DNA from: Candidatus Levyibacteriota bacterium
GTDB lineage: Bacteria > Patescibacteriota > Microgenomatia > Levybacterales > UBA12049
NCBI GenBank assembly: GCA_027459725.1
Contig: DAIDHK010000002.1
Coordinates: 105,866-169,865, forward strand
Length of the DNA stretch: 64,000 bases
Reading direction: 5' to 3'
Numbering within the stretch: the stretch's first letter is position 1; every line of letters begins with the position of its first letter. Shown in pieces: positions 50,478 through 59,309 of the stretch. Made by a program: the position numbers and the translations under genes. Below the pieces are notes generated by a model. The model saw only the letters and a list, made by a program, of their open reading frames with translations. It was not told the DNA's origin and made no database searches.

Positions 50478-52129
50478 TTAAAAAATAGTCTTTTGATAAA
50501 GAATATAATAATAAAGATAAACGAGATCAAACTAATTATATCTGCTCCCAAACGAAGAGGGGTTTCTGTAAATAACCCATTAATTGTATGTATACCAGTA
50601 GGAACTTCAACCTGCATTACCCCTTTTGGATTATTATAAGAGATTTTTACAGGATTACCGTCGATTTTTACTGACCACCCCGGATAATAAATAATATTGA
50701 TCTGTAAAGTAAAAGGTTTTGTTGAGTTGGAGACTACTGTAAATTTTCTTGAATTATAAAATTGATTGGTTAAAAAAGACTTGCTATTCAGGGCAACAAA
50801 TTTAATAGCCGGTCTTTGCAGTGGTTTTTCTTTTACCCAAAGAGGCATATACTCACTTGAGGATGTAGTTGTTGCGTCATTAGTCAAATAGAAAGCATCT
50901 CCCCTGTTAACATAACTTTGAGGATGAGCGTAAGGAAGAACATATAAAATAGTAATTACTCCTAATACAAAAAAGAAATAGTTAAACCTCTTTATCGTGA
51001 ATAGTTTAGATGACAAAATAGCAAGCAAAAAGCCTATGACACCCAAAAGTGTCCAGGGATAGTTAATTTCTTTAAATAACGGCGTATGTATCCAAACAAT
51101 ATTTGTAAAAGGAAAAAGTAATAAAATATATAGAAGCAGTAATATAGTAAAAGCTATCAGGCTCTTATCAATTAAAGCATCCTTAGCAATATGCTTTCTA
51201 AAAAAGAACATTGCGCCAATTAATAACATTATTATTATTACTTGTGGCAGACCCAGTTGAAAAGTAAACTGATCCGTGTTTGGGGGTATACCATATCCCC
51301 ATGAAGGAATAAATAATTGCCACCAATGAACATAATTTATGGCCCTATCCGCAATTGGTGTAACAGCTAATGCAATAAGGTTTTTTTCAGATAAAGCTGG
51401 TATCCAAAAAAATGCAGATAACCCAAATCCCAGAATTAAGGTAATGATATATTGTAATGATAGTTTTAATTTGTTTTTTCCTGATACCCATATCGAACAA
51501 CCAATAAACAATAATATTACCGGTAAAAACTCCACAGCCATTATATTATGTGACATGACCAGGCTGGCTATAAAAATAGAAGCGAAAGATACATATATAA
51601 AATTCTTTGATTTGTGAATCTTAAGTAGAAAATAAATGATAAAGGGGAAAATAGCAAAAGATATAGACTCTCCAATGGATCCTCTAACAAACAGGTCAAC
51701 CAAACGATATGGATAAAAAACGTAAATAACAGCTGATATAATCCCCGCTGACGTATTCTTCCACATTTCCCTGACAAGCAAGTACATTCCCCATAATGAT
51801 AATGGGACGGTAATAGCAAAAAGCAGCTTTATAGAATCAACAAAGTTTATTCTGAAAAGGTGTAGCACAAAACCAATGTAATATGGTAATGGATAAGCGA
51901 ATTCAAATAATGGATAGCCATAACCAAAATTTAAATTAGCGCTATATCTGGCAGGGAACTGTAGGTCTTTCAGTTCCCTATACATATCAGTCAACCGAAC
52001 AACAGCCCATTCCCCATCATGGGTCGGAAAATATCCACTATGAAGATAAGGCAAAATCAAGGGTATACTTAACAAGACAAATAATAGTCCTATCCATACT
52101 TTGCGATGATTTGCAAACATCTTTTTCAT
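50474..52129 (-). CDS. Polytopic membrane protein, GT-C-like family B
   Basis: GYFPTHDGEWAVVRLTDMYRELKDLQFPARY...FGYGYPLFEFAY, collinear with 48783..50477. Confidence 0.55.
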   Translation of the reverse strand: MKKMFANHRKVWIGLLFVLLSIPLILPYLHSGYFPTHDGEWAVVRLTDMYRELKDLQFPARYSANLNFGYGYPLFEFAYPLPYYIGFVLHLFRINFVDSIKLLFAITVPLSLWGMYLLVREMWKNTSAGIISAVIYVFYPYRLVDLFVRGSIGESISFAIFPFIIYFLLKIHKSKNFIYVSFASIFIASLVMSHNIMAVEFLPVILLFIGCSIWVSGKNKLKLSLQYIITLILGFGLSAFFWIPALSEKNLIALAVTPIADRAINYVHWWQLFIPSWGYGIPPNTDQFTFQLGLPQVIIIMLLIGAMFFFRKHIAKDALIDKSLIAFTILLLLYILLLFPFTNIVWIHTPLFKEINYPWTLLGVIGFLLAILSSKLFTIKRFNYFFFVLGVITILYVLPYAHPQSYVNRGDAFYLTNDATTTSSSEYMPLWVKEKPLQRPAIKFVALNSKSFLTNQFYNSRKFTVVSNSTKPFTLQINIIYYPGWSVKIDGNPVKISYNNPKGVMQVEVPTGIHTINGLFTETPLRLGADIISLISFIFIIIFFIKRLFFK

Positions 52130-52132
52130 ATA

Positions 52133-53836
52133 TTACTTCAATGAAATAACACTCACTACTGGTTTAGTATAAGGGTATTGTGCAAGTGTATTTTGCAAAG
52201 AAAGTACGACAGGTTTTGTAGGATCATAAAATATTTTTATGGAGTGTGCATCTGCAGGAACATCAGCACTGGCAGCCACTAATAAGGTGTTTTTGTCTGC
52301 TAAATCTTTAGACCAGTTAATTTTACGAAATTGATATTTCCCAATGCTTTTAACTGATGTGAAAAGACTGTCTGGTTGATAAACTACACTCTTTTGGAAG
52401 CTCAAAGGAGGATACTTTTGATAAAATGCCAGAGATGTATAAATGTAAGGCGTATCTGAGTCAATTACAATCTGTGAATAATTTGGCGCAAGTGACTTTA
52501 AATATAATGAAAGTGGTTTATCCGTTAGTCTCCATTCATCTGCATAAAACTTAGGAAATCTATAATAGTATGACGCCTGAAAATAGAAAAAAGAATAAAA
52601 AATTATAATTGAAATTATAACAGTAAATATCTTAAAGTATGTTTTGTTGGTTCTCTTTAAAAAACTGATTAATTCATAACAGCCGTATGCTGAGAAGAAT
52701 GTCATCGGTATTACAATAGGATAACTTCGAGTACCATGAGGCACTACTGAACTAAATCCAACTATTAAAATTAAGATTGTCCCCCATGATAAGAAAATCA
52801 TTGCCGTTTTGGTAATCCTCTTTGAAAGAAAGTATATACCAGCTACGATAAACAACAAATCTATGGGATAAAAAGCACCCACATTTCCAACTCCTACATC
52901 TCCATTCGCAGATCCTAAAGAATAGAAGAAAAAAGAGGTTGAAAAAGAGTTTACTAGATTTCTACCGTATTCCCAGATTAATAAGAAGAAACTATTAAAA
53001 AATAATGCTGATAAGAAATGGGGCAGCGGTGTCATATAGCTTCTCATCTCCACCATAGCTGCCTTAGCGTTACCTCCAAGTAATGTGACATTAGTTTCAT
53101 TATGGAATCCTGAAGCTTTAAAGAAAGTAAAAATAAAGGGTGTAATTAATGCAAAAAAAACAACTCCTAATAATATTATTTTTTTCAAACCAAGTTCACT
53201 AAATTGTTTTTTGTATATAAAAACCAGCGACAATAAAAGTAAAGGCGCATGAAATCTTGTAATGTTATATGAATATAATGCTACTACAATAGCAATTAAT
53301 GCTAGTAAATAAAATATAAATTTTTTCTTTTCAGTTGCAAGTACAAAAAACAAAGTCCCCAAAACTTCAAAACAAACCGCCATATTTACCTCAAGGGCAA
53401 CACGTGAAAAGAAAAGATTCCAGGGATTTATTGTCAGGAATAAAGCTCCTACCAAAGCTAGCCATTCATTTTTTGTTAATAATTTGAGTAGAAAATAAAA
53501 AGCAAAGATTGTAATTACACCAGCCAAAGCTGAGGGCAATCGTACTGCAAAAGCATTCTCTCCAAAAATACTTTCACTTATAACCGTAGTGTAAATATAA
53601 GCTGGCAACTTGTAATCGTTAAATGATTTAAAATATAGAGGATATTTTACTCCATGTTCATCTCTACCTGTTTGTAAAATTGAAAACGCATTAAATCCAA
53701 TCGCAGTCTCATCCTGATTCATACCAGCAGGAATAGCGGATAATTTATAGAATCTCAAAAAAATGGCTGCAACAAGAATTAATAAAAATAAACCGAGAGA
53801 TATTTTTTTTTGATATTGAGATATAAACGGAAACAT
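52133..53836 (-). CDS. GT39-family (ArnT/PMT-like) glycosyltransferase
   Basis: MNQDETAIGFNAFSILQTGRDEHGVKYP. Confidence 0.8.
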   Translation of the reverse strand: MFPFISQYQKKISLGLFLLILVAAIFLRFYKLSAIPAGMNQDETAIGFNAFSILQTGRDEHGVKYPLYFKSFNDYKLPAYIYTTVISESIFGENAFAVRLPSALAGVITIFAFYFLLKLLTKNEWLALVGALFLTINPWNLFFSRVALEVNMAVCFEVLGTLFFVLATEKKKFIFYLLALIAIVVALYSYNITRFHAPLLLLSLVFIYKKQFSELGLKKIILLGVVFFALITPFIFTFFKASGFHNETNVTLLGGNAKAAMVEMRSYMTPLPHFLSALFFNSFFLLIWEYGRNLVNSFSTSFFFYSLGSANGDVGVGNVGAFYPIDLLFIVAGIYFLSKRITKTAMIFLSWGTILILIVGFSSVVPHGTRSYPIVIPMTFFSAYGCYELISFLKRTNKTYFKIFTVIISIIIFYSFFYFQASYYYRFPKFYADEWRLTDKPLSLYLKSLAPNYSQIVIDSDTPYIYTSLAFYQKYPPLSFQKSVVYQPDSLFTSVKSIGKYQFRKINWSKDLADKNTLLVAASADVPADAHSIKIFYDPTKPVVLSLQNTLAQYPYTKPVVSVISLK

Positions 53837-53841
53837 ACTTT

Positions 53842-55383
53842 CTATGGTAAGACCTTATATAAGGTTGCATGTACTTTACCATCATTTTTAGTAATGCTAT
53901 ATACTGGTGTAACCGGCCAATCTGCTGGGGCCACACCTGTAGTGGGACAGTTCGGACACGGCTCATAGAAATAAACATAGGTCGGCATTTTTTTAGCCAT
54001 TAATGCAAGATCGTTCGGAATATTCGCCTGAATCGGCCAATATGCCTTAGTTGTAACGTTTGGATCGTTATAAAAATACATTTCAAAAGCAAATGGCATC
54101 AGACCAAAAGTACCTTGTGTAGCTACAAAAATATGTTGATTCATTGATTCATTTTTTAAATATTGAATTGACTCTTTTACACCCCAACCTGCCGGCCAAT
54201 CTAATACATACTGATTTTTGTCAGCTTGCGGAATCGGAGCATTCACAGGATCTGTAATAAAATAAATACTTACATAAAATGTCGGAAGAATTGCAATAAT
54301 AGTCAATACTAACAAATATTTTGAAAAATATTTTTCTTTAGATTTTATTAGTATTGTTGCACTACGCCAGATCCCATATGCCGCAATTGGCAATAAAACG
54401 ACTGTCATAAATAGTATGTATCGGGGAAAAATAACTTTGCCAAACATAGCATCAAAAACGAAAGGGGCAGCAAAATAAACTAGCAAGACTAATTTCTCGC
54501 GCCAAAATGATATAGATATTAAACCTACTAGTAAAAATACCATATAACTAACATTGAAATACTCCACAAACCACAAGATTAATGATTGTATATTACCGGT
54601 AAATAATTGATATTTCCAAAGTAGTGTGTGACTCAGCCAATCTTTTAAAGGATATATAAACACTGTATCTTTTAACCCAATAGTGCCATATAAAGGAGAT
54701 AATCTAAGAATAGAATACATCATCATACCTATCAAGACGGAGATCAAACCATAACCTATAGCTCTTAATATTTTATTCTTAATACCTTTCTGACTAAAAT
54801 CGAAGATAATAAACATAAACGGCATAAGAGCCATACTTATGAAAGCTCCTGCTTTTGTCAGGGCTCCACATCCTAAAATAAATCCTAGATTATAGCTGTT
54901 TTTTAAATTAACTTTACGAAATAAGATGAGGGAAAAATACAATGCCCAAACATACCACATGGCAGATAGACTGTCTTCTATGGCTAAACGATCATGTAAT
55001 AATGCAAGCGGGTAAAAAATATATAAAAGAGAACTTATAAGAGCAATCTTTGTATTTTTAAAAAATCCATAACCTAGGAAACCAACCCCAATCATACCAA
55101 AAAATCCACTGAGAACAGAAGATAACCTACCAGCTAAAAGCGGATCTTGTATAACCTTTAGAAATAGCATCATGATCCATGTCTGCATCGGAGGTTTACC
55201 ATCAGTCAAAGAGATAAATCTCCAACTTGAATCATGCAAAGCTACCTGAGCCCACCGAATATAGATAGCTTCGTCGGTAAAAATAGGTAATTTAGTCAAA
55301 AATAGTAGCCTTGTTACAAAGTATGCAATAACCAGCAAAAAACCGACAAGGATATTGTACCTGTGCTTCAAAACTAATCGCAT
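53842..55383 (-). CDS. GT39-like membrane glycosyltransferase (divergent)
   Basis: LPIFTDEAIYIRWAQ loop and ~12 TM. Confidence 0.6.
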   Translation of the reverse strand: MRLVLKHRYNILVGFLLVIAYFVTRLLFLTKLPIFTDEAIYIRWAQVALHDSSWRFISLTDGKPPMQTWIMMLFLKVIQDPLLAGRLSSVLSGFFGMIGVGFLGYGFFKNTKIALISSLLYIFYPLALLHDRLAIEDSLSAMWYVWALYFSLILFRKVNLKNSYNLGFILGCGALTKAGAFISMALMPFMFIIFDFSQKGIKNKILRAIGYGLISVLIGMMMYSILRLSPLYGTIGLKDTVFIYPLKDWLSHTLLWKYQLFTGNIQSLILWFVEYFNVSYMVFLLVGLISISFWREKLVLLVYFAAPFVFDAMFGKVIFPRYILFMTVVLLPIAAYGIWRSATILIKSKEKYFSKYLLVLTIIAILPTFYVSIYFITDPVNAPIPQADKNQYVLDWPAGWGVKESIQYLKNESMNQHIFVATQGTFGLMPFAFEMYFYNDPNVTTKAYWPIQANIPNDLALMAKKMPTYVYFYEPCPNCPTTGVAPADWPVTPVYSITKNDGKVHATLYKVLP

Positions 55384-55432
55384 AGTTTGATTATAAATTT
55401 AAACAACAATATTAGCAAATGAGATAATTCTT

Positions 55433-55460
55433 TTGCATTTTTGTATTCTTGAGTTAGAAT
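55433..55460 (+). promoter_or_regulatory. Sigma70-like promoter (TTGCAT-16-TAGAAT) ending 6 nt before the ATG at 55467; leaderless candidate
   Basis: TTGCAT at 55433..55438 and TAGAAT at 55455..55460. No SD between the -10 and the ATG. Confidence 0.35.
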
Positions 55461-55466
55461 ATAAGC

Positions 55467-56804
55467 ATGACCTCAACAAAAAATAACACATTAAAACATA
55501 AACGTTTATTATTTAACTATATCTATAAAGAAATTTCTAACCATAAATTAGAAGTCCTAACTTTTATAATCTTTCTTATTGTATTCATCTTTCTAAGATC
55601 ATACCAGTTAGAAGCAAGAATGTCCTTTAACTTTGACCAGGTAAACGGAGCCTGGGCAGCCAAGGATGCACTAGTTGATCATCACTGGCCATTAACTGGT
55701 CCAGTCGCTAAGCAAAACTCGGGTTTTTCTATGGCACCTTTATATTATTATATTTTGATTCCATTTTATTTTATTTTTAACTTACATCCCATCGCCTCGG
55801 GGGTTGCTGCTATTTTTATCAGTACCTTAACCTTTTTGTGTTTATTTTTTGTTGTTAAAAATCTATTCAATACTAAAATAGCTTTCATTGCAGCCGGTAT
55901 AGATCTTGTATCAGTATATATTATTAATTCCGATAAAATTGATTGGAATGCTGGAATAACCGTGATCACTTCTACATTGACGTTCTTTCTCCTGTACAAA
56001 ATACTAACTGGAAAAGTGAAAATGATAATTCCTTTATCTTTAGTCTTAGGTCTTTCGTTAAGCGGAGATTTTACAAATATTTTCTATTTCTTTATTGTTT
56101 TACTATCTCTTCCTTTCTTCCCCAGAAAAAGACAGGTTCTATTCTATTCCCTGCTGGGTATAGCAATAATTATTCTGATGATAAGTCCAGTTATTATAAA
56201 TGAAATGACAATGCATAGAAGTCAAGGGACTAATCTACTAACTTATATGGGAACTTATTATCATGGTTTTCACCTAACCCGATTCTTACAGCTTAGAAGA
56301 GATGCTTTTATTGAGTTTGTGATGATTTTTGGCAACAATATTGTGAGCTATTTTGATTTTCTTCTTCCTTTACTATTTATATTTCTTTATGTACGTCAGC
56401 ACAAGAACAAAGAAGCAATCATTTTTTCAATACTTGTCGTTCTCTGGTTTTTTATTCCATGGCTAGTTTTTACAGCTTATAGCGGAGAAATAAGCAACTA
56501 TTATTTTTATATGACCCGTCCTGTTATCTTAATGATGCTAGCATATTTCACTTATAGACTTCTATTTACTCAGCAATTAATTATAATAATATTCGTAGTT
56601 ATTTTTTGGGGATATTTTTCTTACTCTAACTTAATAACTTTTTTTCAAGAGAATCCGGGAAATGATTTTCTTAATGCCAAACATTTGATTACACCTGAGG
56701 TTCAGGCACATAATACTAGCGTGAGACATATTTACTCAACTCCAGAAGCATATCTGCAATTTTATTATGAGGACTATAAAAACTTTAACTTAAATGATAA
56801 TTAA
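55467..56804 (+). CDS. Polytopic membrane protein (GT-C-like, unassigned)
   Basis: 445 aa with 12+ TM. Loop FDQVNGAWAAKDALVDHHWPLTGP. Confidence 0.5.
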   Translation: MTSTKNNTLKHKRLLFNYIYKEISNHKLEVLTFIIFLIVFIFLRSYQLEARMSFNFDQVNGAWAAKDALVDHHWPLTGPVAKQNSGFSMAPLYYYILIPFYFIFNLHPIASGVAAIFISTLTFLCLFFVVKNLFNTKIAFIAAGIDLVSVYIINSDKIDWNAGITVITSTLTFFLLYKILTGKVKMIIPLSLVLGLSLSGDFTNIFYFFIVLLSLPFFPRKRQVLFYSLLGIAIIILMISPVIINEMTMHRSQGTNLLTYMGTYYHGFHLTRFLQLRRDAFIEFVMIFGNNIVSYFDFLLPLLFIFLYVRQHKNKEAIIFSILVVLWFFIPWLVFTAYSGEISNYYFYMTRPVILMMLAYFTYRLLFTQQLIIIIFVVIFWGYFSYSNLITFFQENPGNDFLNAKHLITPEVQAHNTSVRHIYSTPEAYLQFYYEDYKNFNLNDN

Positions 56805-58072
56805 GGCTTCACAACTGCATTGTATATCTGTTTGAGAGAATATAGACCACCAATCACACTTGCTGCAATCATTATATACATATATGCTAGTTCCTGATCG
56901 ATAAACCAAAATGAGCTCCATAAGCCAGTAAAAAGATAAGGTAAATATGTTAATTGGGCAAGAAAAGTAAGCAATACAATAAACCCTTTAAGATATTTAT
57001 TTTGCAGTAATGGTAGAAAAGTCACTACATACATCAGATACCACGGCTGAAACTCTGTACGGAAAATAGCCAATGTTATAGCACCTATCATGAATATCAC
57101 CATCATATTGAGAAGATAAAAAGGAATAGAGTCTTTCCCTTTTTTTTGTATAAAGTAAATCCAAATAAAAATGGGTAACAATACTATAGTAGCGTATTTA
57201 ATTAAAGCTGATGCTATTAGTAATAACACAGCCCACCAAAACCTTTTATTTATAAGCAGATAAAATCCAAATACTGCAAAAAACATCATAACGATATCAT
57301 TATGACTGGAGACTAGTGACTCAAGAACTACTAAAGGATTCAAAGCAAATAATACTATCCCTAAGCTTTTTTTTGACTGATAAAGTTTATCAAGAATTTT
57401 GTATAAATAGAAAACAGTACCAAGATAAGCGGATGTCATCAGAATCTTAAACAAATAAAAAGTAAGTATAAAAATATGCATTCCCACAAATGAAAAAGGT
57501 AATGTTATTAACAACCACAATGGTCCATATGCCTGTGCATATGTTCTATTTGTCCAGCGCATGAATCCAAGCATAGGATCATGGGGATAATCTTGAGCCT
57601 TGTGTAAATATGGATTTTGGTGATAGTACGTTAAGATTCGTGCGTCAAAGATATAATTAAATAAATCATAAGACAACATGTTATATGAAAAGGTGAGAAT
57701 AATTGCTGTCAGCCCTATCAAAGTTACTATCAAAGGAAATGATATTTTTCTTAGATGTATTATTCTTAATGTATATAAATACAAAGAAAAGAAAACTATT
57801 ACCATTAGACAAAATAAAAAAGTAGATAAAGGGCGATTAAAATAACCTATATATTGAAATTGTCTCTCAATAGCATATAACCAAGGAACTCTACTAATAA
57901 CCAAACCCAAATCAGCCTGAGTGTAACTTAAAAGTAAGAGCAATATTAGGAATATTCCCCAAGAAGTTGCTACAATTTTTTCTATTTTTGTTCCTTCTTT
58001 ATAAACAAATTTCAAATTGCTAACGAATAATTTAAAGGGAGATAGAAACTTTTTCACATTATTTATAAACAC
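56801..58072 (-). CDS. Polytopic membrane protein (GT-C-like, unassigned)
   Basis: 423 aa and highly hydrophobic. Its start overlaps the end of the DPM1-like gene 58059..58832. Confidence 0.5.
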   Translation of the reverse strand: MFINNVKKFLSPFKLFVSNLKFVYKEGTKIEKIVATSWGIFLILLLLLSYTQADLGLVISRVPWLYAIERQFQYIGYFNRPLSTFLFCLMVIVFFSLYLYTLRIIHLRKISFPLIVTLIGLTAIILTFSYNMLSYDLFNYIFDARILTYYHQNPYLHKAQDYPHDPMLGFMRWTNRTYAQAYGPLWLLITLPFSFVGMHIFILTFYLFKILMTSAYLGTVFYLYKILDKLYQSKKSLGIVLFALNPLVVLESLVSSHNDIVMMFFAVFGFYLLINKRFWWAVLLLIASALIKYATIVLLPIFIWIYFIQKKGKDSIPFYLLNMMVIFMIGAITLAIFRTEFQPWYLMYVVTFLPLLQNKYLKGFIVLLTFLAQLTYLPYLFTGLWSSFWFIDQELAYMYIMIAASVIGGLYSLKQIYNAVVKP

Positions 58073-58832
58073 CAGAGATAATGTTCTTTTTTATTGCAAG
58101 CAAGTCGATAAATCCGGCTATTGAACTGCGTAAAGGGCTTACTCTTCTTGTCTCGACATGTAACCAACGAACAGGTATTTCTTTTATATTGTACCCCAAC
58201 TGTTTGGCTAAATAAAGAATTTCCATATCCATACCTGCTGAAACATTTGCCCCTGAGACATTTTTAAAGCCATGATGAATTTCTGAAAACTTTGTGAAAA
58301 GTCTCTGAGCACTCTTGTGGGTGAACATTTTGAAGCCGCATTGGGTATCGACAATTTCTGGTAGACCGATCAGCATTTTACGCAGCACTACTGCTGCTAT
58401 TGAAACAAATTTTCGAGTCCAGGGCGCACCTTGACGTTGATTACTTCGAGACCCAATCACTATATCATAACCATCTTTGGTAAAAGGGAAAAATTTACTT
58501 ACTTCTTCAATAGGAGTGGCCTGATCCATATCAGAAAATAAAATATTTTCTCCTTTGGCGGCTAAGACCCCTGTCGTAACCGCTCCGGCTTTCCCACTAT
58601 GTTGATTCTTAATCAGAGAGAAATTATCGTTTTGTTTAATAAAATCTTCTATGAACTCAACGCTTCCATCATGGGATCCATCATCGACTACAACGACTTC
58701 ATAATAGTACTTGGTTCTATCTAGAAAATGTTGTACTTTGTCGAGAACACCTTTTTGTAGGTTAGCCATTTCATCGTAACATGGAATTACAACTGATAAA
58801 TATATTTTCCCGTTCACAGAGAAATTATACAA
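58059..58832 (-). CDS. DPM1-like polyprenyl-phosphate sugar synthase (soluble GT2)
   Basis: LSVVIPCYDEMANL, VVDDGSHDGS and FSDMDQA. The ORF-track start is TTG at 58832, but that TTG lies inside a -10 box, so the real start is probably GTG at 58817. Confidence 0.7.
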   Translation of the reverse strand: MYNFSVNGKIYLSVVIPCYDEMANLQKGVLDKVQHFLDRTKYYYEVVVVDDGSHDGSVEFIEDFIKQNDNFSLIKNQHSGKAGAVTTGVLAAKGENILFSDMDQATPIEEVSKFFPFTKDGYDIVIGSRSNQRQGAPWTRKFVSIAAVVLRKMLIGLPEIVDTQCGFKMFTHKSAQRLFTKFSEIHHGFKNVSGANVSAGMDMEILYLAKQLGYNIKEIPVRWLHVETRRVSPLRSSIAGFIDLLAIKKNIISGVYK

Positions 58833-58852
58833 GAAACATTCTCATCTGTCAT
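58824..58852 (-). promoter_or_regulatory. Sigma70-like promoter ATGACA-17-(TG)TATAAT, 7 nt upstream of the GTG start; leaderless candidate
   Basis: Minus strand reads catgacaGATGAGAATGTTTCTTGTATAATttctctGTG. The -10 lies at plus 58824..58829, TG at 58830..58831 and the -35 at 58847..58852. Confidence 0.45.
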
Positions 58853-58902
58853 GCTTCCTTTCCAACAACCGACCTAATTCTTACATTAATTTAAGCTTCT
58901 GA

Positions 58903-58931
58903 TTGCCCAAACCTAACAATTAAGATAAAAT
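58903..58931 (+). promoter_or_regulatory. Candidate tRNA promoter TTGCCC-17-TAAAAT
   Basis: TTGCCC at 58903..58908 and TAAAAT at 58926..58931, ending 18 nt before the mature tRNA 5' end at 58950. Confidence 0.35.
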
Positions 58932-58949
58932 ATGCATGCGAAGAAAGAT

Positions 58950-59022
58950 GGCCCCATCGTCTAGTGGTCTAGGACAGTGGATTCTCATTCCACTAACTGG
59001 GATTCGAATTCCCATGGGGTCA
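58950..59022 (+). tRNA. tRNA-Glu (anticodon CUC)
   Basis: Folded by hand. Acceptor GGCCCCA/TGGGGTC with one G-U, U8, D-arm GTCT/AGTGGTCTA/GGAC, anticodon stem GTGGA/TCCAC, loop TTCTCAT with U33 and A37, variable TAAC, T-arm TGGGA/TTCGAAT/TCCCA, discriminator A. CCA is not encoded. Confidence 0.8.
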
Positions 59023-59096
59023 CACCAATATTTAGCCTCAAGCACAGATTTTGTTTCGTGACTTATTTATGCCTGCACCCACTTCAATTCGAACAC
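59015..59096. repeat. Repeat copy 1: last 8 nt of tRNA-Glu plus ~75 bp downstream flank
   Basis: gggtcacaccaatatttagcctcaa...gtttcgtgacttatttatgcctgcacccacttcaattcgaacac. It recurs at 61982..62059 (first 25 nt 21/25 identical) and partially at 60610..60668 (44-nt core 34/44 identical). Confidence 0.55.
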
Positions 59097-59268
59097 TTTT
59101 CTTTGATATTCTAATATTTACTATTTTTAAGATTCTTACTCCAAATAATTAGCTGATTTTATTGAATTTCACATATGCTAGCCACAAAAATATACTAGGT
59201 ATGCTCATATATATAAATTATCCATTGACATTAGTGATTTAAAGAGATTTACTTGTTGTAATTTATTA

Positions 59269-59294
59269 ATTACATATATACGTATATATGTAAT
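59269..59294. promoter_or_regulatory. Perfect 26-bp palindrome ATTACATATATAC|GTATATATGTAAT; putative operator overlapping the promoter of 59310..60497
   Basis: Read directly and exactly self-complementary. It ends 16 nt before the ATG. A TATAGT -10-like hexamer (59297..59302) lies 7 nt before the ATG. Confidence 0.45.
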
Positions 59295-59309
59295 AATATA
59301 GTTACATGT

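Noticed and set aside
48783-52129. Firm assignment of family B to the PTPS-related (PF10131) family
   Set aside because: The resemblance is from memory of annotation patterns only and no diagnostic motif could be confirmed, so it is left as a hypothesis.
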